Origin: Acidimicrobiia bacterium
Lineage (GTDB): Bacteria; Actinomycetota; Acidimicrobiia; Actinomarinales; Actinomarinaceae
Direction of reading: 5' to 3'
NCBI GenBank assembly: GCA_028376655.1
Contig: JAONAZ010000002.1
Span: 69,029 to 133,028, forward strand
Length of the DNA stretch: 64,000 nt
The notes beneath the pieces were generated by a model that had not been told where the DNA came from, did no database searches, and saw only the letters and a program-made list of their open reading frames with translations. This document shows positions 36,904 to 47,760 of the stretch, piece by piece. Positions within the stretch are counted from its first letter, which is position 1; every line of letters starts with the position of its first letter. The position numbers and the translations under genes are program-made.

Positions 36904-38004
36904 ATGAACGGTATTCTTACTCTATTATTTCTAACCTTTTTTGTTGTTCTTCATGAATATGGACATTACATCTCCGCTAGGAGATCAAAAATCGCTGTTT
37001 CTGAATTTTTTGTTGGCTTTGGACCCAAAATATTTTCCTTTAAACGTGGAAATACTGAATATGGTCTTAAAGCTATACCTCTTGGGGGATATGTAAAAAT
37101 TCCAGGTATGGATGAATCTGAAGACACAACTGGTTATGAGTCCACGGAAGTATTTCATAATGCAAAATGGACTACAAAATTTTATATTGCTATATCTGGG
37201 ATTCTTGTTAATTTTTTGACAGCATGGCTAATTCTGTTTGCAATTCTTTCTACTAATGGGGTAAATGTACCAACTCTAGAAATTTCTAACACAGGAACAT
37301 CGGTCGAAGGTAATACTACTTCACCATCTGTTAGCGCTGGACTATTACCTGGTGATAAGATAGTTTCTTTTTCTGAAATTCCTGTAGCTTCCTGGGATGA
37401 ACTTGTAACCATAATTGAAGAAAATCCGGGAAAAGAAGTAACTATTACTTTTTTGAGAAATGGTAATTTATTAGACTCTAAGACAGTATTAGAATCACGA
37501 ACTCTTAATAATCAAAAAGTTGGATACCTAGGTGTTACCCCAACTATAGAGAATGAAAAAATTGGTTTAATATCAGCCTTCAAAAGTACTACTATTCTTG
37601 AAGCTCAGATGACTATTGCTGCTGTCGATGGAATTATAACTTTATTCAGTCCTGAGAATATAAAAACACTACTTGGAACGTATACAGGACAAGAGGTCCC
37701 TGACGAAGTTAGACCTTTAAGTCCCATAGGATTAGCACGAGCAGGTAGCCAAATAGCTGAGGAAAGTTATATAAATCTTTTTAGTTTGTTAGCTTTCGTT
37801 AATATATTTCTTGCAGTATTTAATGCATTACCATTTATCCCATTAGATGGTGGGAGAGTAGTTTTAGCATTAATAGAAGGGGTCACTGGAAAAAAAGTAT
37901 CCGATAAAAAGTTGTATCCCATCGCTGCTTTAGTAGTTGGCATCTTTATATTTTTGGGAATCACTGCTTTTTATCTTGACATAACCCAACCTATACAATT
38001 ATGA
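36904..38004 (+). CDS. rseP: site-2 (M50) zinc metalloprotease RseP/Rip1 family with PDZ domain
   Basis: HEYGHY (HExxH) in TM1; PDZ-like GLLPGDKIVS; LAVFNALPFIPLDGG (NxxPxxxLDG). Confidence 0.9.
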   Translation: MNGILTLLFLTFFVVLHEYGHYISARRSKIAVSEFFVGFGPKIFSFKRGNTEYGLKAIPLGGYVKIPGMDESEDTTGYESTEVFHNAKWTTKFYIAISGILVNFLTAWLILFAILSTNGVNVPTLEISNTGTSVEGNTTSPSVSAGLLPGDKIVSFSEIPVASWDELVTIIEENPGKEVTITFLRNGNLLDSKTVLESRTLNNQKVGYLGVTPTIENEKIGLISAFKSTTILEAQMTIAAVDGIITLFSPENIKTLLGTYTGQEVPDEVRPLSPIGLARAGSQIAEESYINLFSLLAFVNIFLAVFNALPFIPLDGGRVVLALIEGVTGKKVSDKKLYPIAALVVGIFIFLGITAFYLDITQPIQL

Positions 38005-39224
38005 GTTACAAACGAAGAAAAACCCGTCAATTATTACTTGGTAATGTTGGTATCGGGTCAAATTCTGAAGTTTCTGTTCAATCTATGACCACAACTAAAA
38101 CAAGAAATACAGATGAAACGTTGGAACAAATTTACTCACTGGCTTCAAACGGTGCAGACATTGTACGTGTTACGTGCAATGAAGTCGAAGCAGCTGAATC
38201 TCTTGTAAAGATATGTACAAGAAGTCCAGTTCCAATTGTTGCTGATATACACTTTCAGTACAAGTTAGCTTTAGCTGCAATTGAAGCAGGAGTACAGGGG
38301 TTAAGACTCAACCCTGGAAATATTAGAAATGAAGATCAAATTAAACAAGTTGCTAAAGAATGCCTGAATGCAGGCATACCCATAAGAATAGGAGTGAATG
38401 CAGGTTCTCTTGATAAAGATTTATTAGAAAAATATGGCGATGCAACTCCAGAAGCTCTTGTTGAATCTGCTCTAAATGAAGTTAAATATTTAGAAGAAGT
38501 TAATTTTAATGATATAAAAATTTCAGTAAAACATTCAAACGTTCCACTAATGATTGACTCATATAGACTTTTAGCTGAAAAAGTAGATTACCCACTACAT
38601 TTAGGCGTTACAGAAGCTGGGCCTCTTCCAGGTGGTTTGATTAAATCAACAGCTGGTATATCAACACTTTTATCTGAAGGTATTGGAGACACTATAAGGA
38701 TGTCACTTACTACTGATCCTGTTGAAGAAGCTAAGCATGGTCGTCAACTTTTGGAATACCTTGGTTTACGTGAACGTAAGTCATTAGATTTGATAGCATG
38801 CCCCAGTTGCGGTAGGGCTGAAGTCGATGTTATAAAAGTTGCATCAGAGGCACAATCCGCATTGGAAAATGAAGGTCTCGCAATTCAGGTTGCTGTCATG
38901 GGATGTGTTGTAAATGGGCCTGGGGAAGCTAGATCTGCTGATATAGGTATTGCTGCTGGAAAAAAAAGGGGCCACCTCTTTATTAAAGGAGAGGTTGTAA
39001 AAGTCGTTGACGAAAAAGATATGGTATCTGCTCTACTTGAAGAAGGAAGATTACTTGCTGAAGAAGGTATTGAAGCAAGATTAGCTGCTGCTGATAAAAA
39101 TGCAGCTATTTTAGCCCAACAAGATGCTGATGAATTAATGGGAATTCAGGGTGACATAAACAACTTTGAAGAAAGAACTAAGTCTGTAATTGAGATTACT
39201 TCAAATCATGATAAAGCTGAATAA
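38001..39224 (+). CDS. ispG: 4-hydroxy-3-methylbut-2-enyl diphosphate synthase
   Basis: VQSMTTT, RVTC, RLNPGN, Fe-S Cys CPSCGR...GCVVNGPGE. Confidence 0.95.
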   Translation: MSYKRRKTRQLLLGNVGIGSNSEVSVQSMTTTKTRNTDETLEQIYSLASNGADIVRVTCNEVEAAESLVKICTRSPVPIVADIHFQYKLALAAIEAGVQGLRLNPGNIRNEDQIKQVAKECLNAGIPIRIGVNAGSLDKDLLEKYGDATPEALVESALNEVKYLEEVNFNDIKISVKHSNVPLMIDSYRLLAEKVDYPLHLGVTEAGPLPGGLIKSTAGISTLLSEGIGDTIRMSLTTDPVEEAKHGRQLLEYLGLRERKSLDLIACPSCGRAEVDVIKVASEAQSALENEGLAIQVAVMGCVVNGPGEARSADIGIAAGKKRGHLFIKGEVVKVVDEKDMVSALLEEGRLLAEEGIEARLAAADKNAAILAQQDADELMGIQGDINNFEERTKSVIEITSNHDKAE

Positions 39225-39242
39225 ACCATTTAAGATATAAAC

Positions 39243-40670
39243 ATGGTAAAAAAACTAACTCCAATGTCAGAAGATTTTAATCAATGGTATACAGACATTA
39301 TTCAAGAAGCAAAACTTGCCGATTATTCACCAGTAAAAGGAACAATGGTTATAAGACCTTATGGATATGCTCTTTGGGAACACATTCAAGCATATCTTGA
39401 TAAGAGGTTTAAAGAAACAGGTCATCAAAATGCATATTTCCCTCTACTTATTCCAAAATCTTTTATTGAAAAGGAAGCTGATCACGTAGAAGGGTTTTCA
39501 CCAGAACTTGCAACGGTGACACATGCTGGAGGTAAGGAATTAGAAGAACCTTTAATAATTAGACCAACATCAGAGACAATTATTAATCATATGTTTTCAA
39601 AATGGATTAAAAGTCATAGAGATTTACCAATGCTAATTAACCAATGGGCAAATGTTGTTAGATGGGAAATGAGAACTCGTTTGTTCTTAAGAACATCAGA
39701 ATTTTTATGGCAAGAAGGTCACACAGCACACCAAACAAAAGAAGAAGCAACTGAAGAAGCACTTCAGATGCTTGACATTTACGAAGAATTCACACAAAAT
39801 ATCGCCGCTGTAAAGGTAATAAAAGGGACAAAGTCAGAAATAGAAAAATTTGCTGGAGCAAAAGTAACATATTCTATCGAGGCTATGATGCTTGATAGAA
39901 AAGCACTTCAAGCTGGAACCTCACACGAGTTAGGTCAAAATTTTTCTAAAGCTTTTGAAATTCAGTATTCTGATGAGAATAATCAATTAGCTCACCCATA
40001 TCAAACAAGTTGGGGTGTAAGTACTAGATTAATTGGAATGATAATAATGGCTCACGGTGACGATAAGGGGTTGAAACTTCCACCAGCTATTGCTCCCACC
40101 CAATGTGTAGTAATTCCAATTATTCCTAAAAATAGTGACTCGGAACACATACTTACTATTGCTAGGGGAATAAAAGATTTACTACCGGGTATTCGTGTAC
40201 ATATTGATGATAGAACTGAGGTTTCTCCAGGTTTCAAATTTAACGAATGGGAATTAAAAGGTGTTCCAATAAGAATAGAAATTGGTCCTAAGGATATTGA
40301 ACAAAATTCAGTGGTTGTAGCACGAAGAGATGTAGAAGATTCCAAAAAACCTATGGCACTTGACTCCCTTAATGAAGACATACCAGCCCTTTTAGATTTA
40401 ATACAGAGGGATATGCTTAAAGTTACTGAAGAGTTTCTAGAGATCAATACACATCATGTAGAAGATATGGATGAATTAATAAAAAAACTTAATGATACTG
40501 AAGGGTTTGTGTCCTGTTATTGGTCAGAAGATAAAGAAGATGAGCTCAAAATTAAAGAACTTACAAAAGCAACTATTCGTTGCTATCCATTGGAGAATAC
40601 TAACCAGGAAATATCTGTTAACAAACCAAATATTGAAGGTAAATTTGTAATATTTTCAAAATCATATTAA
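39243..40670 (+). CDS. proS: prolyl-tRNA synthetase, archaeal/eukaryote-like type (no INS editing domain, C-terminal Tyr)
   Basis: 475 aa. DFNQWYTDIIQEAKLADYSPVKGTMVIRPYG, IRPTSET, FLWQEGHTAH. Ends in ...SKSY. Confidence 0.9.
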   Translation: MVKKLTPMSEDFNQWYTDIIQEAKLADYSPVKGTMVIRPYGYALWEHIQAYLDKRFKETGHQNAYFPLLIPKSFIEKEADHVEGFSPELATVTHAGGKELEEPLIIRPTSETIINHMFSKWIKSHRDLPMLINQWANVVRWEMRTRLFLRTSEFLWQEGHTAHQTKEEATEEALQMLDIYEEFTQNIAAVKVIKGTKSEIEKFAGAKVTYSIEAMMLDRKALQAGTSHELGQNFSKAFEIQYSDENNQLAHPYQTSWGVSTRLIGMIIMAHGDDKGLKLPPAIAPTQCVVIPIIPKNSDSEHILTIARGIKDLLPGIRVHIDDRTEVSPGFKFNEWELKGVPIRIEIGPKDIEQNSVVVARRDVEDSKKPMALDSLNEDIPALLDLIQRDMLKVTEEFLEINTHHVEDMDELIKKLNDTEGFVSCYWSEDKEDELKIKELTKATIRCYPLENTNQEISVNKPNIEGKFVIFSKSY

Positions 40671-40732
40671 AAAAATTCTTTCTCTTTATTTCACAATTTG
40701 TTAAAATGAAGTAGACAATTTAGCTACATTTG

Positions 40733-40757
40733 GTGGGTGTCATAACCCACTTTTTTT
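40733..40757 (+). terminator. Rho-independent terminator after proS
   Basis: GTGGGT-GTCATA-ACCCAC followed by TTTTTTT (40751-40757). Confidence 0.65.
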
Positions 40758-40771
40758 ATGAAGGAGGTAAG

Positions 40772-41251
40772 ATGGAGTACACTGAATTCGACATCGAAAA
40801 CTCCGTAATTAATTTTTTATCTGAAGAGAATATGGAACTTTATGATATGAAGATTGTTAATTTTCCAAGTATCGATAAAATCGAGATTTTTGTTTTTTCT
40901 GAAGAATTTATTGATTACAAAATAATAGAGCGATTAAATTATCAACTTCAACGACTCCTAGAGGACTACAACTTGTTTAAAGGTGATTATGAACTTATTA
41001 TTTCTACACCCGGAATAGAACGTGTTTTAAAAACAGAGAGACATTTTAAATTGGCTATTGGGGAGAGTATAAAGTTAAAAGTTTTCTCATCCATAAACGA
41101 CATCTATACATTTGAGGGAGAACTTATTGATATAAATTCAACTCAAATAGTTGTTGTTGATGAGGATTCCACTAAAGAAATAACAATAGATTTAGAAAAT
41201 ATTAAAAAAGCAAAAATACAGTACAAAAAATTTAAACAGAAAGTTAAATAA
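40772..41251 (+). CDS. rimP: ribosome maturation factor RimP
   Basis: SD GAAGGAGG 5-8 nt before the ATG at 40772, which I prefer to the track GTG at 40730 because that start would include the terminator. Lies upstream of nusA. Confidence 0.8.
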   Translation: MEYTEFDIENSVINFLSEENMELYDMKIVNFPSIDKIEIFVFSEEFIDYKIIERLNYQLQRLLEDYNLFKGDYELIISTPGIERVLKTERHFKLAIGESIKLKVFSSINDIYTFEGELIDINSTQIVVVDEDSTKEITIDLENIKKAKIQYKKFKQKVK

Positions 41252-41263
41252 CAGAGGTAAATT

Positions 41264-42292
41264 ATGAAATTAGGTAGCGACATAAAGCAAGCAATTGAAT
41301 CATTAGCACTCGATAAGGGTGTCACTGTTGACAGCATGTATGAAGCTTTAGTCTCAGCATTTAGATCAGCTTATATGAGAATTGAGGGTGCTGCAGAAGA
41401 AGCTAGAGTTACTTTGGATCCTGATAGTGGAGATGTTACTGTTTATGCACAAGAATTAGATAATGAAGGAAATGTTCTCAAGGAGTGGGAAGCTGATATT
41501 AACGATAATGACTTTGGCAGAATTGCAGCACAATCTTTTAAACAAATGATGACAACTAAAGTGAGAGATGCAAAAAGAGCCACAGTACTTGAAGCTTATA
41601 TAGGCAGAGAAGGTGAATTAATAACTGGAATAGTTACCCAATTTGATTCACGTTTCAATCAAACAATAATTGATCTTCAGGACGCAGAGGCAGTAATTCC
41701 ATCCAGTGAAAGGATTCCCTTTGAGAGGCTTGAAAGGGGAAATAGAATTAAAGCATTAATCACTGAGGTCCGTGAAGATGCGAAGGGTATACCAATAATT
41801 ATAAGTAGGAACAGGCCAGAATTCATACAAAGAATGTTAGAACTAGAAGTACCTGAGTTGAATGATGGAACTATTGAACTTCGAGCTATTGCAAGAGAAG
41901 CTGGAAGTAGAACTAAAATTGCTGTATTTTCCAATGATCCCAATGTAGACCCTAAGGGTGCATGTGTTGGTTCGAGAGGATCAAGAGTTAGACAGATTGT
42001 TAATGAACTAAAAGGTGAAAAACTAGATGTAGTCGAGTGGAGAGAAGATAAAGTTCGATTTATAATCGAAGCACTTGGACCAGCAGATATAGAACTTGTT
42101 GAAATTGATGAGCATACAAAGAGTGCAAAAGTAACTGTAAAAGATAATCAACTTTCTTTAGCGATAGGTAAAGAGGGACAAAATGCACGTCTAGCAGCTA
42201 AGTTAACAGGATACAAAATAGATATACAAGGCCTTGGAGATTCTCCAAAAGTTGAAGAGGTACAGGAAGAAACTAAACAAGAGGAAGAATAA
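41264..42292 (+). CDS. nusA: transcription termination/antitermination factor NusA
   Basis: S1 and two KH domains (GACVGSRGSRV, LAIGKEGQNARLAAKLTG). 342 aa. Confidence 0.95.
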   Translation: MKLGSDIKQAIESLALDKGVTVDSMYEALVSAFRSAYMRIEGAAEEARVTLDPDSGDVTVYAQELDNEGNVLKEWEADINDNDFGRIAAQSFKQMMTTKVRDAKRATVLEAYIGREGELITGIVTQFDSRFNQTIIDLQDAEAVIPSSERIPFERLERGNRIKALITEVREDAKGIPIIISRNRPEFIQRMLELEVPELNDGTIELRAIAREAGSRTKIAVFSNDPNVDPKGACVGSRGSRVRQIVNELKGEKLDVVEWREDKVRFIIEALGPADIELVEIDEHTKSAKVTVKDNQLSLAIGKEGQNARLAAKLTGYKIDIQGLGDSPKVEEVQEETKQEEE

Positions 42293-44337
42293 TGGCAAAA
42301 AAACGTATACATCAAATTGCTAAGGAATTAGATGTTGCATCAGCAGATATAGTCTTTCTCTCAAATGAACTTGGTATAGAGGTGAAGACTGCTTCTTCTG
42401 GTCTAACACCTGATGAAGAAGAATTAGTTGTTTTAGCATTTAAAGAAAAAAATATGAGTAATGAAAGTACTCAAAATGACGAAGTAAGTACAACTGTAGT
42501 ATCCACAAATGAACCAGAAGTATCGACAACAGAAGATGATGAAGATATTTCTAAAGAGACAATTTTAGAAGAGAAAGAAATAGATATTGTTGAAGTCATA
42601 ACAGGATCTACACCAGAGGAACTTTCTGACGTTATAAATATAGAAGCTACTCAGATAGTTGGAGATTTAATGTCACTTGGTATTATGCAATCTATGACTT
42701 CTGAATTATCAGATGAAGAAATCGAAAAATTATTAGAAAAATATGATTTACTCCCAGAATTTATAGACAGAGTTGTAATAAAAAGATCTGAAATAATAGA
42801 GCTTCAAGAATTTGAGGACGATGAAGAAAACTTATCAACAAGGTCCCCAATTATTACTGTCATGGGACATGTAGACCATGGAAAGACAAGTTTATTAGAT
42901 TATATACGAAACGAGAAAGTTGCTGATGGCGAAGCTGGTGGTATTACTCAACATGTTGGGGCATATAAAGTTGATTCTGGTGAATTAGGTATTACTTTTA
43001 TTGACACACCTGGTCATGAAGCCTTTACACAAATGAGAGCTAGAGGGGCTAATGTGACCGATATAGTTGTTCTTGTTGTAGCAGCTGATGATGGCATAAT
43101 GCCACAAACAATTGAAGCTATTAACCATTCAAAAGCAGCTGGTGTACCAATTGTTGTAGCTGTAAATAAATGTGATCTACCAGATGCTAATCCTGCACTA
43201 GTTAAAGCAGATTTAACTAAATATGAAATAATAGCTGAAGATCTTGGTGGAGATACTCCTGTTGTAGAAGTTTCTGCTTTAAAAGGTGATGGAGTAGATG
43301 ATTTACTAGAGACACTATCTCTTGTTGCTGAGATTGAAGAATTAAAATCAAATCCTAATACGAATGCCTCAGGTTATATCATCGAATCAAGGATGGAAGT
43401 TGGTAGGGGTAATGTTGCTACAGTAGTAGTCACTAGAGGTACTCTTAAACAAGGTGATTTTCTTTATGCCGGTGGAGCATTTTGCAGAGTCAAATCAATG
43501 TTCGACCACACCAACAAAGTTTTAAATAATGTTATTCCTGGTTCCCCAGTTGACATTATTGGCTGGGATGAATCTCCTAATTCAGGTGACCAGTTTGTTG
43601 CAGTTAAAAACCAAAAAGAAGCAAAATCAAAAGCAGATCAAAATAAAACAGTTTTAAAAGATTTTGATAGTTCATCATACACTGTCCAATCAAGAGTTTC
43701 TGAAATGATGAAACTACTCCAAGAAGGTGAGCTAAATACAATTAATGTAATTTTGAAAGCTGATACAAATGGCTCTGTTGAAGCTATTAAAGATGGATTA
43801 CTTAAACTATCATCAGACGAAGTACAGATACAAATTGTTCATGCTGCTGTTGGAGGGATCGTTCTATCAGACGTTGATTTAGCTGGAGCAACCAGTTCAC
43901 TAATCGTAGGTTTCAATGTAAGACCAGATAGCCAAGCTAGAAATATGGCACAGAGTAAAGGTATTGATGTAAGGACATACCAGATAATTTACGAATTATT
44001 AGATGACATCACCGAAGCACTTCAAGGAGAAATGACTATTAAGACTGAAGAAGCCGTTATAGGAATGGTAGAAGTTAGAACAACATTCAGAGCACCTAAA
44101 GTTGGTGTTGTTGCTGGTTCAGTTGTAACTGAGGGACGTGTTGAGATTGATAGCAAGGCAAGATTACTAAGAAATGGAGTTGTTGTTTATGAAGGTACTG
44201 TTACATCTTTAAGAAGATTTAAAGATAATGTTGAAAGAGTACTTGAAGGGCTTGAATGTGGAATTGGTTTGACAGATTATAAAGACATTAAAGAAGGTGA
44301 TGTCATCGAAATTCTTGGTGAAGTCGAAATAAAATAA
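42292..44337 (+). CDS. infB: translation initiation factor IF-2
   Basis: GHVDHGKTSLLD, DTPGHEAF, NKCD G-domain motifs. 681 aa. Confidence 0.95.
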   Translation: MAKKRIHQIAKELDVASADIVFLSNELGIEVKTASSGLTPDEEELVVLAFKEKNMSNESTQNDEVSTTVVSTNEPEVSTTEDDEDISKETILEEKEIDIVEVITGSTPEELSDVINIEATQIVGDLMSLGIMQSMTSELSDEEIEKLLEKYDLLPEFIDRVVIKRSEIIELQEFEDDEENLSTRSPIITVMGHVDHGKTSLLDYIRNEKVADGEAGGITQHVGAYKVDSGELGITFIDTPGHEAFTQMRARGANVTDIVVLVVAADDGIMPQTIEAINHSKAAGVPIVVAVNKCDLPDANPALVKADLTKYEIIAEDLGGDTPVVEVSALKGDGVDDLLETLSLVAEIEELKSNPNTNASGYIIESRMEVGRGNVATVVVTRGTLKQGDFLYAGGAFCRVKSMFDHTNKVLNNVIPGSPVDIIGWDESPNSGDQFVAVKNQKEAKSKADQNKTVLKDFDSSSYTVQSRVSEMMKLLQEGELNTINVILKADTNGSVEAIKDGLLKLSSDEVQIQIVHAAVGGIVLSDVDLAGATSSLIVGFNVRPDSQARNMAQSKGIDVRTYQIIYELLDDITEALQGEMTIKTEEAVIGMVEVRTTFRAPKVGVVAGSVVTEGRVEIDSKARLLRNGVVVYEGTVTSLRRFKDNVERVLEGLECGIGLTDYKDIKEGDVIEILGEVEIK

Positions 44338-44339
44338 TT

Positions 44340-44687
44340 ATGAAAAAACAAACACGTGGTGGAAGAATTAATAGAATTAATCCATTAATTCATAAAATAA
44401 TTGCGTCTGAATTACTCCGAAACTCTAATCCGACGCTAAACAAAGCAACTGTTACACATGTCTCAACTTCACCTGATTTAAAAAGATGTACTATATACGT
44501 TTCATCACTGGAGAACGTTAGAGGTACTTTATCTAAGTCTTTAGAAAAAAATCGTATGAAGATTCAAAAGGAGTTGGGAAAACAATTAACTACTAAATTC
44601 ATACCACGCATCCAATTTGAAATTGATACTAGTTTTGAAAATACCGATAAAGTTAATGAGTTAATATATAAAATTCATGAAAAATAA
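44340..44687 (+). CDS. rbfA: ribosome-binding factor A
   Basis: 115 aa, KH-like. Conserved position after infB. Confidence 0.85.
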   Translation: MKKQTRGGRINRINPLIHKIIASELLRNSNPTLNKATVTHVSTSPDLKRCTIYVSSLENVRGTLSKSLEKNRMKIQKELGKQLTTKFIPRIQFEIDTSFENTDKVNELIYKIHEK

Positions 44688-45621
44688 ATTTAAAGATTAT
44701 TTCTTAAACACACCAATACTAATAACTGGACATATAAACCCAGATGGAGATGCTATTGGTTCTGCTTTAGCTTTAAAAATATTATTAGACTCAATGAATA
44801 TAGAAGCAACAGTTTCTTTTGATATAACTGGTGAGTTACCAAGTAATTTAAACCATCTTCCTTACCACCTTATCTCTAATCCTGACAAGGAGTTATACAA
44901 TACAGTATTTGTATTCGATTGTGGAAACTCGTCTAGACTTGGCAATCTTGAATCATTGGTACTAAAATCTAAAAATATTGTTGTAGTTGATCATCATATT
45001 GATCCAACATTTGGAGACCTACAAATTATTGATCCTACTGCTGCAAGCACAACCCAAGTTTTATACAGACTGTTTAAAGAGGAAGATCTATCTATATCCA
45101 AAGATATTGCAGATTGTTTAATGACAGGTCTAATAACTGATACTGGTAGATTTCAATACTCAAATACAAACTCAGAGGTATTTTCAATAGCTTCTGATTT
45201 AATGTCTAAAGGTGCATCATTAAGTCAAATAAGTGAAAATATTTATGGTTCTGTTGAACTAAATGCGCTTAAATTACAAAGCAAAGTTATTGATAGATTA
45301 GAGCTAGATAGTGAGTTGAAGTTCATTTATTCAGTTGTTTATGAAGATGACTATAAAAAATTTAAGACAACACCTTCAGAGACCGACTTTTTAATAGATA
45401 CTGTTAGATTAGCTAAAGAATCTGAAATAGCTTTATTATTAAAAGAACAATCAGATAGTTCATTCAAAGGTAGCCTTCGATCAAGAACCTCATTGGATGT
45501 CCAAAAATTAGCCTCATCATTCAATGGTGGGGGACACAAAGCTGCTAGTGGTTTTTCAACAACATTAAAATTAGATGAAATAATCAACAAAATCAAACAT
45601 GAAATCAGAAAACAGATCTAA
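44677..45621 (+). CDS. nrnA: DHH/DHHA1 phosphoesterase (NrnA-type oligoribonuclease/pAp phosphatase)
   Basis: GHINPDGDAIGS, VVDHH, TDTGRF, GGGHKAASG. Confidence 0.85.
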   Translation: MKNKFKDYFLNTPILITGHINPDGDAIGSALALKILLDSMNIEATVSFDITGELPSNLNHLPYHLISNPDKELYNTVFVFDCGNSSRLGNLESLVLKSKNIVVVDHHIDPTFGDLQIIDPTAASTTQVLYRLFKEEDLSISKDIADCLMTGLITDTGRFQYSNTNSEVFSIASDLMSKGASLSQISENIYGSVELNALKLQSKVIDRLELDSELKFIYSVVYEDDYKKFKTTPSETDFLIDTVRLAKESEIALLLKEQSDSSFKGSLRSRTSLDVQKLASSFNGGGHKAASGFSTTLKLDEIINKIKHEIRKQI

Positions 45622-46480
45622 TTTTTATTTAATTAATAAACCAAAAACTTGGACTTCTCAGGATTTATGTTCTAAATTTAAATATTTATATAAATTTAAT
45701 AAAGTGGGACATGCAGGTACGTTAGACCCTAACGCAGAGGGATTAATGCTTGTTGCAACTGACAAATATACTAAATTATTTAACTACTCAGAAGAGACTA
45801 ATAAAACTTATAAAGTTTCTGCTTTATTTGGTTACTCCTCAGACTCACTTGATACAGATACAGACGTAGTAAAAAACGATGCTATAGATTTAACAGATAA
45901 AATAAATGAACTTGATATCAGCTTAAATACATTTTTAGGAACTTCAATGCAAACACCTCCTATATACTCTGCCGTAAAAATTGATGGCAAACGGCTTTAT
46001 AAATACGCTCGACAAGGTGAAGATATAGACATACCTGCAAGAGAAATTACAGTAGATAGTTTTGAATTATTGAAAACTAGTGGAAATGAAGCAGATTTTT
46101 TAATCACTGTAAGTAAAGGAACCTATATAAGGTCTTTGATACGAGATTTAGCTTTAAAATTAGGCACAACAGCAGTTGTCAGTGAAATCTTACGTACGAA
46201 GATTGGAAAACTTAGTATTGATTATCCAGAATATATTAATGACATAAATAAACTTGATAAAAATAGCTTGCCAGAAAGTCTCCATTGGAGCAAAGTATTA
46301 AATATGCCTATTCTAGAAATAGATAATGAACTTTGTTCTGATGTTGAACATGGGGAGTTAATTAGTAATAATCTTTTTAAAAATAATGAAATTACAATTT
46401 TAGAAAATAACAATAATATTGCAGCACTGTATACACCGTTTAATGAAAAATATTTTAAACCAGAGAAAGTTCTTTTATGA
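45599..46480 (+). CDS. truB: tRNA pseudouridine(55) synthase
   Basis: KVGHAGTLDP (catalytic Asp), PPIYSAVKIDGKRLY. Confidence 0.9.
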   Translation: MKSENRSNFYLINKPKTWTSQDLCSKFKYLYKFNKVGHAGTLDPNAEGLMLVATDKYTKLFNYSEETNKTYKVSALFGYSSDSLDTDTDVVKNDAIDLTDKINELDISLNTFLGTSMQTPPIYSAVKIDGKRLYKYARQGEDIDIPAREITVDSFELLKTSGNEADFLITVSKGTYIRSLIRDLALKLGTTAVVSEILRTKIGKLSIDYPEYINDINKLDKNSLPESLHWSKVLNMPILEIDNELCSDVEHGELISNNLFKNNEITILENNNNIAALYTPFNEKYFKPEKVLL

Positions 46481-47376
46481 ATATATATGAAAATTTTCAA
46501 GTTAAAGATGTTATAGATTCTGCACCCATAACTTCATCTATTGGAGCTTTTGACGGAATACATTTAGGACACAGAGCTCTTTTTACAAAAGCAATGCAGG
46601 TTTCCAATAAATCTTTTCAAATAGTTACATTCAATAAAATACCCAAAGTATTTTTTAATAAAAACTTTTTACCATTATTGGACATCCAGGAGAGAATTTC
46701 AATTTTTAGAGAAACTACAGCAAGTAATCTTATTTTTTTAGACTTTGAGTCAGTCAACGACATGACACCATTACAATTTTGTAATTTTTTAAAAGAAAAT
46801 CTAAAAACAAACAAATTAGTAATTGGAAAAGATTTTAAGTTTGGAAAAGAAAGAAAGGGTGATATAAAAACATTACTGGACTTTTTTGGACCAGAAAATA
46901 TTTTTTTATTAGAAGATTATCTAATCGAATCACAAAAAGTTTCTACTACTAAAATTAGAGATTTGTATGCAAATGGTAATATTCAAGCTGCACAAAAGTT
47001 ATTAGGAAGAAAAATTACCTTTTCAGGTAAAGTAATTAAGGGTAAGCAGCTTGGCTCATCCATAGGCATTCCAACTGCAAATATAAAACTTCCCTACGAA
47101 ACACAGCTTCCAAAATATGGAGTATATGCAGTAAATGTTCATGTCAATGGTATTCAATATTTGGGATGTTTAAATATTGGTATAAATCCAACCGTAGATA
47201 GTGATAATGTGACCAAAATTGAAATTCATATATTACACTTTGATAAAAATATATACGATCATGAGTTAACATTCGAACTACTTGATTTTATTAGAGGTGA
47301 GCAAGAATTTGATTCTGTAGAGAATTTAAAATCGCAAATTTTAAAAGATATCTCTAAAATAAAGAAAAACTTTTAA
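46477..47376 (+). CDS. ribF: bifunctional riboflavin kinase/FMN adenylyltransferase
   Basis: IGAFDGIHLGH, GKDFKFG, GIPTANI, C-terminal kinase domain ending LDFIRGEQEFDS. Confidence 0.9.
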   Translation: MNIYENFQVKDVIDSAPITSSIGAFDGIHLGHRALFTKAMQVSNKSFQIVTFNKIPKVFFNKNFLPLLDIQERISIFRETTASNLIFLDFESVNDMTPLQFCNFLKENLKTNKLVIGKDFKFGKERKGDIKTLLDFFGPENIFLLEDYLIESQKVSTTKIRDLYANGNIQAAQKLLGRKITFSGKVIKGKQLGSSIGIPTANIKLPYETQLPKYGVYAVNVHVNGIQYLGCLNIGINPTVDSDNVTKIEIHILHFDKNIYDHELTFELLDFIRGEQEFDSVENLKSQILKDISKIKKNF

Positions 47377-47415
47377 CTATCACTTTAGATCAAGCTGGTA
47401 CTATTATTATCTCGA

Positions 47416-47673
47416 ATGAATACTAAAGAAAACATTATTAAAGAATATGGTAAATCTGAGACCGATACAGGCTCAACAGAAGTACAAGTTGCTTTATTAA
47501 GTGAGAGAATTAGTCATCTGACTGATCACTTAAAAGAACATAATAAAGATCATCACACTCGAAGAGGATTACTTATGCTTGTAGGAAAGAGAAAAAGACT
47601 ATTACAATATCTCGAAAATCAAGATGTCACTAGATACCGATCTTTAATTGAAAAACTAGGTATTAGAAGATAA
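47416..47673 (+). CDS. rpsO: 30S ribosomal protein S15
   Basis: [36 protein letters not shown]. Confidence 0.95.
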   Translation: MNTKENIIKEYGKSETDTGSTEVQVALLSERISHLTDHLKEHNKDHHTRRGLLMLVGKRKRLLQYLENQDVTRYRSLIEKLGIRR

Positions 47674-47684
47674 ATAAACAATAA

Positions 47685-47760
47685 AACAACAGACAATGAG
47701 TTGTTAATTGGGAGCTTTTAAAGAAGGCTGACAATTAATAACCTCTGTCTAGAAAAGAGG
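47685..47760 (+). promoter_or_regulatory. structured rpsO-pnp intergenic leader (alternative hairpins, SD-sequestering stem)
   Basis: AACAAC (47685-90) pairs with GTTGTT (47700-05). Alternatively, GTTGTTAATTG (47700-10) pairs with CAATTAATAAC (47732-42). CCTCT (47742-46) pairs with the SD AGAGG (47756-60). Confidence 0.45.
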
